Assembly (NCBI GenBank): GCA_963695115.1
Contig: CAVOFX010000004.1
Span: 436,833 to 500,832 of the forward strand
Direction: 5' to 3'
Length of the DNA stretch: 64,000 bases
From: an uncultured Microthrixaceae bacterium
GTDB lineage: Bacteria > Actinomycetota > Acidimicrobiia > Acidimicrobiales > CAVOFX01
Shown: positions 20,155 through 28,468 of the stretch, piece by piece
Numbering within the stretch: position 1 is the first letter of the stretch
Layout: each line of letters starts with the position of its first letter
Notes under the pieces: model-generated
Seen by the model: the letters and a program-made list of their open reading frames with translations, nothing else
What the model was told of the DNA's origin: nothing
Database searches by the model: none
Made by a program: the position numbers and the translations under genes

Positions 20155-20346
20155 ATGGGACCTCGGAAGCGCCGGCGTGTCCGCAGGGCGGCGCGGGACC
20201 TCGCTCACGCGTTGGAGGAGCTCGGTGACGACTTCGCGGAGGTCGCGAACGTGATCGCGGACGACCTCGACGCCATGAGGTCTTCGCGAGACGCTGGTGC
20301 TTCGGGCCAGGAGCGAGGGGAGGCCGGCCAAGATCCAGGTGGATGA
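20155..20346 (+). CDS. Small hypothetical helical protein
   Basis: 63-aa ORF starting 5 bp after the nuclease stop. Basic N-terminus followed by an acidic amphipathic helix. Confidence 0.4.
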   Translation: MGPRKRRRVRRAARDLAHALEELGDDFAEVANVIADDLDAMRSSRDAGASGQERGEAGQDPGG

Positions 20347-20399
20347 AGGGGGCTTCTGATGGGGAGGTACGAGATCTGCATCTTCTGGGGAGCTGGGTA

Positions 20400-20808
20400 C
20401 TACCTGGCAGTGCGGGCTACCCGCCGTGCCACGGAGGCGCACCGCTGGGCCCGCTCGACGGCCTTCGACGCAACGGATCGTGCGATGTCGTCGGGCTCGT
20501 ACTCGGCCTTGGTCTTGAGCGGGAGGAGTCGGCGCAGCTCGCGCTCGATCTCGGTCGCCGTCCGCGCCGGCCTGGCGGAGCAGCGCGAGTACCTGGTCGT
20601 GGTCCTCGCCGGCGGCGCGTTTGCCGAGCCGCGCGCCGCAGACCGCGTCGGCGGAGTTGATGCCGGCGTGGATGGCGAGGCTCGTGGCTGCGATGTTGCG
20701 GCCAGCCTCGAGATCGCTGGCAGCCGCCTCGGCGAACTCCTCGGCCTTGGCGGCGTAGGCGCGGACCTGTGCGGCCGACACCGGCCTGGTGCGGCCGGGC
20801 CTAGTCAC
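20400..20808 (-). CDS. HEPN domain toxin (frameshift near 20560)
   Basis: AKAEEF...AIHAGINSADA...GEDH, then LKTKAEY in the shifted frame. Directly downstream of an MNT gene. Confidence 0.75.
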
Positions 20809-21425
20809 GGCGGACCACCCGGAGCTCGTCGATATCGAGGCCGTGTACGACGCGGCCGTCGCGCCGGATGTCCGCCCAGACCTGGCTACGGCCCGCGACC
20901 TTGCTCGCCGCCTCGTCGGCGCTCACCTCGAGCACCTCGACGGGGTTGCCGGTGAGTCGTCGTACGTCGCGGCGCCAGGCTTCGATCGACTCGGCCCACG
21001 CATCGTCGTCCTCGTCGACCTCCGCGGGTCGGACGACGACGACGTCGATGTCGCTGTCGGTGCCTGCCTCGCTCCGGGCGAACGATCCGAAGACGATCAC
21101 GCTCACCGGCGGCTCGGGGGAGCGCGCCGGCGAGTCGGCCCATCTCGTCGAGCACGGTGTCGGTCGAGCGGGCGAGGGCGAGCAGCGCACGGGATGCGAC
21201 GTGTTCGGGCACGAGCCTGAACAGCGATGCCGGCGGAACCTCCCGCCGCTCGACGACGCCGAGCGCGACCAGGTCGGGCAGCAAGCGGGATGCCTGGGCC
21301 TGGCTGATCCCGGCGAGCTGGGCGATGGTCCGCAGGTTCAGCTCGGCCGTGGTCTCGGCCAGGACGGCGAGCACCCGCCCCTGGGCGCCTGGCACGATGG
21401 CCTCGATCGGTCGGACGAAGTCCAC
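20801..21425 (-). CDS. HTH plus minimal nucleotidyltransferase (MNT) antitoxin (frameshift near 21120)
   Basis: N-terminal wHTH (LNLRTIAQLAGISQAQAS) and FGSFARSEAGTDSDIDV NTase motif. Confidence 0.85.
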
Positions 21426-21431
21426 GGCGCG

Positions 21432-21485
21432 AGGCTACTCGGTTACCCGCAGATATGGAACAACTCTTCCATCCATGCGTGGTAA
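21432..21485 (-). promoter_or_regulatory. Leaderless promoter and imperfect inverted repeat (operator) of MNT-HEPN
   Basis: TAGCCT-N6-GTG on the minus strand. Dyad TTACCCGCAGATATGGAA-N6-TTCCATCCATGCGTGGTAA. Confidence 0.6.
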
Positions 21486-21508
21486 GGCAGGTGTGGGCCG
21501 GGAGGACC

Positions 21509-21607
21509 CTCGAGGAGGTCCGGGGGCGCGGCTAAGCCGAGGACCGCTCGGTGTCGAGTCGGATCCGCCGTGCCGTGGAGCACGAGCTCGAACAGCAGGC
21601 CGGCTGA
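21509..21607 (+). pseudogene. Ribbon-helix-helix (CopG-like) antitoxin relic
   Basis: LEEVRGRG*AEDRSVSSRIRRAVEHELEQQAG*, with an in-frame stop and no start. Confidence 0.55.
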
Positions 21608-21731
21608 ACCGTCCAACCTCCAACGGGTCTTCTGGCGGACGGGCCGTGGCCTCAGGAAGGGCCCGGTCCCCAGGCCCGATGCGGACGGTGGACGAGGCCG
21701 GTGAGTCTCGTGCTTCAGGGCACGGCGCTCG

Positions 21732-23072
21732 TCAGCCGGCGGGGCAGGTCGATGTCGCGGGCTCGCCGGCGAGCCGGGCGGCCGTCCAGGCCGCAGCATC
21801 CTCGGCGGAAGCGGCCATGACCGGGTCGTGGGTGACGCCGGGGTACGTGCGGTACTCGACGACGATTCCGGCCGCGCAGAGCTGGTCGACCAGGGAGGCC
21901 GTCAGCGGCGGCGGCACCGCCTCGTCGACCTCGCCCTGTATCACGAGCAGGGGGCCGGTGGCTCGGGTCACGTCGTTGCCGGCCCAGTCCGTGAGGACCT
22001 CGCCGAGCCGCGTCCCCACCGAGGGGTCGGCCAGCAGCTCCTCGGGCGGCAGGTCGTCGAAGCCGGGCACGGCCTCCTCCCAGCACCCGTGCGTCAACAG
22101 GGCCTCACGGCTCGCCCCTTCGGCGCTGAGCGCCACCGACGGAGCCAGGTCGGGCTCCACCTCGGCGACCGCCTCGAGCAGCAGCACGGCGTAGCCGCGT
22201 CCTGGCACGGCGAACATGGCCGGCGCCACCGAGCCGAGCTGCGCGGATGGCGCGGCCACCACCGCGCCCAGGTAGTCGAGCTCGGCCGGTGCCGTCGAGG
22301 CACGCTCGTCGACGGCGAGCGCCGCGAGGCCCCCCTCGGAGTGCCCGATCACGACCCACGACGGCGCCACCGGCCCCGCCTCTTCCAACCGGTGCGCGGC
22401 GGTCACCGAGTCGATCGTGGCACGCGCCAACTCCTCGCTGCGGTGGTAGCTGTGGACCCCGGGCGTGCCGAGGCCGTGGTAGTCGGTAGCGGCGACTACG
22501 AAGCCCTCGTCGAGCAGCCGCCGCCCCTCGGCGCCGTAGTCGTCGTAGAAGAGGTTGCCGGTCGCACTCGGCGCGCAGCGGTCGGCGATCCCGGTGGTGC
22601 CGTGTGCCCATGCCGCCACCGGCCGGCCTTCGGGTGGTGCCGGCCCCTCGGGCACGAGGACGATGCCGCTCACGACGGCCGGCGCGCCGTCGGCAGTGGT
22701 CGAGCGGTACAGGATCCGCCAACCCGACTGACCCTCGAGGGGGCCGGTGAGGTCGACGGCCTGGGAGCGCAGCACGTCGCCGGGCTCTGCGTCGGCGACG
22801 GCTGCCGGATCGAGCGTCGTGACGTCGTAGAAGGCAGGGTCCGCGGTGGCTTCGGGGCTCGGCCCGTAGGGAAGGGTGACGTCGGGGAGCTCCGCAGGCG
22901 GCGCTGCCCAGTCGCTCGGGTGCTGCTCCGGAACGCGGTAGGTGACCGACGACCCATCCGTGGAGCCCGTGCGGTCGTCGGTCGATGGTGCGGCGCCGTC
23001 GCCCCCGTCGTCGCTGCACCCGACGGTGAGGAGGGCGCAAGCCGCGACGAGCGCCGCGCATCGGAGCAGCAT
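21732..23072 (-). CDS. Secretory lipase-family alpha/beta hydrolase lipoprotein
   Basis: Lipobox LTVGC, WAHGTTG...CAPS, DYHGLG, GHSEGG nucleophile elbow, QGEVD and H of the catalytic triad. Confidence 0.88.
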   Translation of the reverse strand: MLLRCAALVAACALLTVGCSDDGGDGAAPSTDDRTGSTDGSSVTYRVPEQHPSDWAAPPAELPDVTLPYGPSPEATADPAFYDVTTLDPAAVADAEPGDVLRSQAVDLTGPLEGQSGWRILYRSTTADGAPAVVSGIVLVPEGPAPPEGRPVAAWAHGTTGIADRCAPSATGNLFYDDYGAEGRRLLDEGFVVAATDYHGLGTPGVHSYHRSEELARATIDSVTAAHRLEEAGPVAPSWVVIGHSEGGLAALAVDERASTAPAELDYLGAVVAAPSAQLGSVAPAMFAVPGRGYAVLLLEAVAEVEPDLAPSVALSAEGASREALLTHGCWEEAVPGFDDLPPEELLADPSVGTRLGEVLTDWAGNDVTRATGPLLVIQGEVDEAVPPPLTASLVDQLCAAGIVVEYRTYPGVTHDPVMAASAEDAAAWTAARLAGEPATSTCPAG

Positions 23073-23099
23073 CGGCCGACCTGTTCCGGCTTCGCCGCG

Positions 23100-24092
23100 T
23101 CAGTCGGGGAGTAGACCCGCCTGTGCCCAGAGCTGCGTGGCCTCGGGGGTCATCAAGCCCAGCTCCTCGCACAGCGCGCGGATCTTGGAGAGGGAGGCCA
23201 CCACGAGGTTGCGATGCGCGGGGTTGTTCGTGAACGCCTCGTCGATCACCTCCGGCGGGATGCCGTAGGTCTCGATGATGTGCTGGGGTGGCTGCATCAT
23301 CAGGCTCGACAGCAGCGAGAGGATGCCGGGCGCAGCCACGCTCATCTCGGTCCGCTTCTCATCGCTGAGCTTGGGCACGTTCAGGCGGAGATACGAGCGG
23401 GCGAACGCGACGTGCCGGGCCTCCTCGACGATGTGGATCTGGGAGATGCGCTTCACCAAGGGATGCCGATCGGTCTGCTTCCGGTAGCCCTCACGCTGCA
23501 CGTAGTCGATCGGGTCCTCCCCGCCGAGCGCGTAGATGAAGAGAAGCTCGGGGAACGTCGTGCCGTACTCCGCCACCGTGCTGGTCACCTGGATGAGGTC
23601 GGCGTCCACCAGGGGAACCGGCATGCCGGTTCGGTTCACGAACTCCTGGAACATGAGGGAGTGGTGTGCCTCCTCGATGACCTCGTGGTAGGCGAACCGG
23701 TACTCCAACGAGTTGTGCGGTTGGGTGGCGGCGAAGCGGAGCAGACCACGACTGAGGACGCCCTCGAATATCCGGCCCGTGTAGCAGAACCCGGCGGTCA
23801 TGTTGAGGCCGATGCGAGAGCGCTTCCCCGGCGGTTGGGCCTTGTACCAGTCGGTCGCCCCCAGGGGATGGTCGTCGGGCAGCTCCCAGCGGGGGTCGTC
23901 GGGATCGACCTGCATCTCGGGGTCGTCCCAGGCGATGTCGCGGTAGGCCTCGTAGCGCCTCACCACCGACGCGGCACACAGGCGTTCCAGCAGCCTCTGG
24001 TAGTCCGCCTCCCTGTCGGATCCGCCCTCGAGGGAGTCCTCTTCGGGTGGGACGAAGTTCGGCTCGAGAAGAGCGGTCTCGCTCGTCGACAT
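23100..24092 (-). CDS. AurF-like diiron (N-)oxygenase
   Basis: EEAHHSLMF, GEDPID and HIVEEARH diiron ligand motifs. Confidence 0.85.
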   Translation of the reverse strand: MSTSETALLEPNFVPPEEDSLEGGSDREADYQRLLERLCAASVVRRYEAYRDIAWDDPEMQVDPDDPRWELPDDHPLGATDWYKAQPPGKRSRIGLNMTAGFCYTGRIFEGVLSRGLLRFAATQPHNSLEYRFAYHEVIEEAHHSLMFQEFVNRTGMPVPLVDADLIQVTSTVAEYGTTFPELLFIYALGGEDPIDYVQREGYRKQTDRHPLVKRISQIHIVEEARHVAFARSYLRLNVPKLSDEKRTEMSVAAPGILSLLSSLMMQPPQHIIETYGIPPEVIDEAFTNNPAHRNLVVASLSKIRALCEELGLMTPEATQLWAQAGLLPD

Positions 24093-24323
24093 GTGCTCCA
24101 CCTTCCGCTCTGGGTTCCACCGATCCCGGCGTCGGGCTCCGAAGTGCCTTCGGGTCGGTGCATCTCGCTCACCGTTCAACTGGCCGGTGCACCACCTGAC
24201 GGTAGCGGATCAGGCGGGAACGTGAACAGCAGAGCCTGATGCCGGGGACCGCGGGCTGGACGAGCTCGAGGACCTCCTGCAGCGTCGGCGGGAGCGGATC
24301 GGGGGCCATCTGGCCACCACCCG

Positions 24324-24359
24324 TTGAGATCCCTACTACTGCAGTAGTAGCCTTTCGAG
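24324..24359 (+). promoter_or_regulatory. Leaderless TA promoter with perfect 18-bp palindromic operator
   Basis: TTGAGA-N18-TAGCCT-N6-ATG. CTACTACTGCAGTAGTAG (24333-24350) is a perfect palindrome. Confidence 0.8.
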
Positions 24360-24638
24360 ATGCCCAGGGGGAACCCGTCACCGAAGCTGGCCATCACCGT
24401 GGATCCCGATGTCCACGACCGGGTGCTCGACGCGGCAGCGGCCGAGGGTGTCAGCGTCTCGGCCTGGATGACGAGTGCGGCGCGGCGGGCGCTCCTCGTT
24501 CGCGACGGGCTCGCCGCCGTGGCCGACTGGGAGGCAGAGCACGGGGCGCTCACCGAAGCCGAGCTCGACGCCGCCCGCCACCGCGTCGCTGCTCGAGCCG
24601 GAGCGACCCCGGCCCCGCCCAAGGAGCGCTCCGCGTGA
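24360..24638 (+). CDS. RHH-type antitoxin
   Basis: KLAITVD...AAAAEGVSVSAWM RHH pattern. GTGA overlap with the PIN gene. Confidence 0.8.
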   Translation: MPRGNPSPKLAITVDPDVHDRVLDAAAAEGVSVSAWMTSAARRALLVRDGLAAVADWEAEHGALTEAELDAARHRVAARAGATPAPPKERSA

Positions 24639-25012
24639 GCGTGGTCTACGACGCCGGAGCGTTGATCGCCGCCGAGCGATCGGACAGAGCGGTGTGGGCG
24701 GACCATCGCGTGCGGCTAGAGATGGGCCTCGTGCCGGTCACGACCGCTCCGGTCGTCGCCCAGGTCAGCCGTTCCGGACGGCAAGCGCAGCTACGCCGCT
24801 TCCTGCGTGGCTGCGAGGTCGTTCCATTCGATGGCGAAGAGGCTCACGAGGTCGGTGCCCTGGCCGGCCGAGCCGGGGTGACGGACGTGGTGGATGTCCA
24901 TGCCGTCGTCACCGCACATCGGATCGGGTTCGGGGTCGTCACCTCGGACGAGGCCGACCTCGAGCCGATCGCCGACCTGCTTCGACCGCGGGTGTCCCTC
25001 TCCGGCGTCTGA
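24635..25012 (+). CDS. PIN domain (VapC-like) toxin
   Basis: VVYDAGALIA, DVVDVH and VTSD acidic PIN residues. Confidence 0.82.
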   Translation: MSVVYDAGALIAAERSDRAVWADHRVRLEMGLVPVTTAPVVAQVSRSGRQAQLRRFLRGCEVVPFDGEEAHEVGALAGRAGVTDVVDVHAVVTAHRIGFGVVTSDEADLEPIADLLRPRVSLSGV

Positions 25013-25070
25013 AGTTCTCGGGGGCCCACCAGCGCGTAGGTGGCCGTTGTGCTGTGCGACGATACGGCCC

Positions 25071-26171
25071 ATGAGCGAGAGCGCCGAAGCGTACGCCCAC
25101 CTGCTCGACACGCTGGCCGAGGTCGGGCGGCGCTTCGCCGGTGAGGAGTGGATGATCGCCGACCACGACGACGTCGCCGAGGCGCTTGCGGTGACCTTGC
25201 AGCACCTGGCCACGGGGCTGGAGACGCAGTTCGACGAGGACCCGGCCCATCCGAGCTTCCGCCCCATCGTCACCGCCTGGCGCAAGGCGCTCGGCGACAA
25301 CGCGGATGCCCGCTACCACGACGCTCGCGTCGACCCGGCCGGGACCTACAGGGTGAGCGGCAGCCTGGCCGGTGCGGTGTACGTGTCCTTCACCGTCGAG
25401 GCCGTGGCCGGCGACGGCTCGTTCCCCACAGCCACCCTCGGGGTGCTGAACGACACGGATCTCGGAGCCCGGCCCGACGGCACCTTCGAGCTCGTCGTCG
25501 GCGGGCCCGAGCGGCCGGGCCCGTGGATGGCGCTGCCCGAGGGTGCGGGCCGGATCACCGTCCGCCACTACTGGGAGGAGGCCGACACCCCGTGGCGACC
25601 GCCGGTGGCGGACCTGGGCCTCGCCATCGAGCTGATCGACGGCCACGACGCCGTGCCCACCCGACCGCCGGCGCCGACCGACGCGAGCACGGCGGCGGCG
25701 ATCCGGCGGATGGCCACCTACGTACGGAGCCGGACGATCGACCTCATCCCCCGGCCCGGAGAGGGGGAGCCGCCACCGTTCGTCTCCCGGGTGCCCCACG
25801 AGTTCCCCGCGCCGGTGCCACCCGGCGACCACGCCCTCGCCGCCGGCGACGCGGCCTACTCCATGGCGCCCTACCTGCTCGGTCCCGACGAGGCGCTCGC
25901 CATCACCCTGCGCTGGCCCGAGTGCCGCTGCGCCAACGTCAGCCTCTGGAACCGCCAGATGCAGACCCTGGACTACCTCCGCGGCACCGTCAGCCTCAAC
26001 CGGGCGCAGACCGTCGCCGAGGCGGACGGCACCGTTCGGATCGTCGTCGCCCACCGTGACCCGGGCACCCCCAACTGGCTCAGCACGGAGGGCCGCCCGT
26101 TCGGCCTCGTGTACTGGCGGTTCATGCTCCCCGAGGGCCCGATCGACACGCCGCACGCCGAGGTGCTCTAG
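25071..26171 (+). CDS. DUF1214-family protein
   Basis: GDNADARY, YVSFTVE, DGTFEL and DPGTPNWLSTEG...WRF. Next to a sulfotransferase, a usual association. Confidence 0.7.
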   Translation: MSESAEAYAHLLDTLAEVGRRFAGEEWMIADHDDVAEALAVTLQHLATGLETQFDEDPAHPSFRPIVTAWRKALGDNADARYHDARVDPAGTYRVSGSLAGAVYVSFTVEAVAGDGSFPTATLGVLNDTDLGARPDGTFELVVGGPERPGPWMALPEGAGRITVRHYWEEADTPWRPPVADLGLAIELIDGHDAVPTRPPAPTDASTAAAIRRMATYVRSRTIDLIPRPGEGEPPPFVSRVPHEFPAPVPPGDHALAAGDAAYSMAPYLLGPDEALAITLRWPECRCANVSLWNRQMQTLDYLRGTVSLNRAQTVAEADGTVRIVVAHRDPGTPNWLSTEGRPFGLVYWRFMLPEGPIDTPHAEVL

Positions 26172-26247
26172 GTCGACTCCCTGGCGGCAACGACCTCATA
26201 GGCCCCCTTCGCCGGCTCCACCGTGGCGCGGGCGCGTCGCCGACCGG

Positions 26248-27473
26248 TCACGGTTCGAGCTGGACCTCGAAACGCTCGAGGTAGGGGGCCAGGTCGCGGC
26301 GGACGGTCGTCGACGTCGAAGCCCCAATCGGCCGCGGTGTAGGCGTGGGTGCCGTGCTTGCCCCGCGGCTTGGCCTCGAGGTAGCCGAGCACGGCCCGAC
26401 GGTGGTCGTCGGTGAGGGGCCGGCCGAGCTGCTCGTAGGCCGCGTCGATGGCGGCAACCGGATCTGCCATGAGGTCGGCGAAGCGCACGTCGCCGTAGCG
26501 GCCGGGCAGCGACCCGTCGTCGCGGCGGACGGCCACGGCGTTGAGCGCGTCGGTGAACACCGCGCCGATGAGCTGCGCCAGCAGGTCGACCGGGACGTCG
26601 TCGGTGCGCATCCACTGGACCATGGCGGTGGTGCTCACCGTCGACGGCATGGTCCTGGCCGGGTCCCGGTGGCTGACGATCACCGACGCGTCGGGGTAGG
26701 CCGCCAACAGGTCGTCGAGCATGAAGACGTATCCGGGGGTCTTGAGCAGCCACTGCCTTGGCGGGCCGCCGTGCTGGACCGTCTGGAGCAGCGCTCGGTG
26801 GAAGGCGAGGTCGGCTGCGCACGTCCGGCGCCCAGTCGCCCAGGTCGCTGAGGACCATGGTCCAGTGGTTCCCGGCGAACGACGGAGAGCAGATGGTGAT
26901 GCACTCGACGGGAAGGTCCGAACGCAGCTCGTGCATGGCGGCGAACTCGGGCTGCACGTCGGCCCACAGCTCCTGCTCGGCCTCGGTCATCGCCGTCCGC
27001 TCGGCCGCCGTCGTGTCGGGCGGCACCACCGGGTGCAGCACGTCGGTGGCGATCGGGGTGCGGAGCCGCGGTCGTCGAGGCCCAGGAGCTCGAACAGGAT
27101 GGTGGTGCCCGAACGAGCGGGCCCAGTGACGACGATCGGGGCGTCGATGTGCTCTTCTGCGATCGACGGGTCGAGCCGCCTCGCCTCGCCGAGGAGGAAT
27201 CGGGTGCGCAGGCCCGCGCAGCAGCTCCTCGCGGGTGAGGAGCCGGCCGACGACGTGCAGCGGGCTGGCGTTGATCCCGTCGATGAGGCGCCGGAGCCGC
27301 CCCTCCCAGTCGCCGTCGCCGAGGTCGCCCGGATCGTCGATCCCCGTCGAGAGCGCGGTGTGCCCCAGCAGGTGGTCGGCCACGAGCGGCACCATCCGCC
27401 CGGCACCGCCCGCCGCCGCGCCCATGGCATTGACGCGGCGGACCCAGTCGGGCCGCACGTAGCGATCGGCCAT
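26248..27473 (-). CDS. Sulfotransferase family protein (several frameshifts)
   Basis: GPARSGTT PAPS-binding loop, WLLKTP, HRDP and DLMADP. Confidence 0.85.
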
Positions 27474-27595
27474 CGGGGAGACGCTCCCGGCAGTGACGGC
27501 ACCCATCCCCAGAGTCAACCACGCGCTCCCTGATCGCCGAGGACCCTCCTCCGAGCGCTCCTGACGACGGGTCGGGGGAGCGGTCCGATTCAGAT

Positions 27596-27614
27596 CAGGC
27601 GCGGGATCGCCTGA
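27596..27614. terminator. Hairpin after the GAP gene
   Basis: TCAGGCG-cgggat-CGCCTGA stem-loop. Confidence 0.45.
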
Positions 27615-27619
27615 GCGGT

Positions 27620-28297
27620 TCAGGATCCGACGGCGCCGAGGCCCTGGCCCAGGATCTTGGCGCCGAGGACGAGCAGCACCACCATCACGATCACCGCGTT
27701 GTGGGTGGAGAGGAACTCCTTGACGGTGGTGAGCGTCTCTTTGGACCTGTCGGGAGCGGCCAGGAACAGGACCACGGGCCCAGCCACGGTGAGCGACGCG
27801 ATGATGACGAAGACGCCGACGGCGATCGCACTCTCCCCGCTGGAGAGCCCGGCCTGGGCGATCGTTGTGGCACCGGCTGCGGTGAGCGCGAGGTTCTTCG
27901 GGTTGACGCCCGAGAGGAGCACACCGAAGACGAGCGACCGGCCCGGGGTGAAGGTGTCGATGGTGGCCATCCACTTGGGCATCTCGGGTTCTTCGCCCTG
28001 CTGCGGGCGGTTGCGCCACTGCCTGGCTGCCATGGCGAGGAACAGAACACCGATCGCGACCTGGGCCCAGTCGACGCCGGTGGCCGTGGCGCTGTCGGGG
28101 TCGTCGGCGCCACCGGCCACCAAGAGCACGATGACTGACACCACAGAGAGACCGGTCACCCAGCCCGCGGCGAAGGCGGGACCGTTGCTGCGGGCCTTCG
28201 GCGTCCCGAGCATGAGGATGACGGCGATGATCGGCACCGGACTGAGCGCGACGCCGACCGCGGCGGGCAGCAGGTCGCCGAGCGTCTGGGTCAGCAT
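27620..28297 (-). CDS. GAP (glycolipid-addressing protein) family membrane protein
   Basis: GVALSPVPIIAVIL and NPKN motifs, about six TM helices. Confidence 0.82.
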   Translation of the reverse strand: MLTQTLGDLLPAAVGVALSPVPIIAVILMLGTPKARSNGPAFAAGWVTGLSVVSVIVLLVAGGADDPDSATATGVDWAQVAIGVLFLAMAARQWRNRPQQGEEPEMPKWMATIDTFTPGRSLVFGVLLSGVNPKNLALTAAGATTIAQAGLSSGESAIAVGVFVIIASLTVAGPVVLFLAAPDRSKETLTTVKEFLSTHNAVIVMVVLLVLGAKILGQGLGAVGS

Positions 28298-28468
28298 CGT
28301 CGAACTCCTTGGTCTGTGTCACCGATCGGGGTGGGTGGGCCGGTCGCTGCGTCCGGGACCGGTCCATCGGATGGGGCGAGGGTGGCGACGTCCTGTTCGG
28401 TCACTCGAGCACCGCGTGATGGTGCATGGATTCGGCCGATCGACCGTGCGGATCGGCGGAACCCGAGG

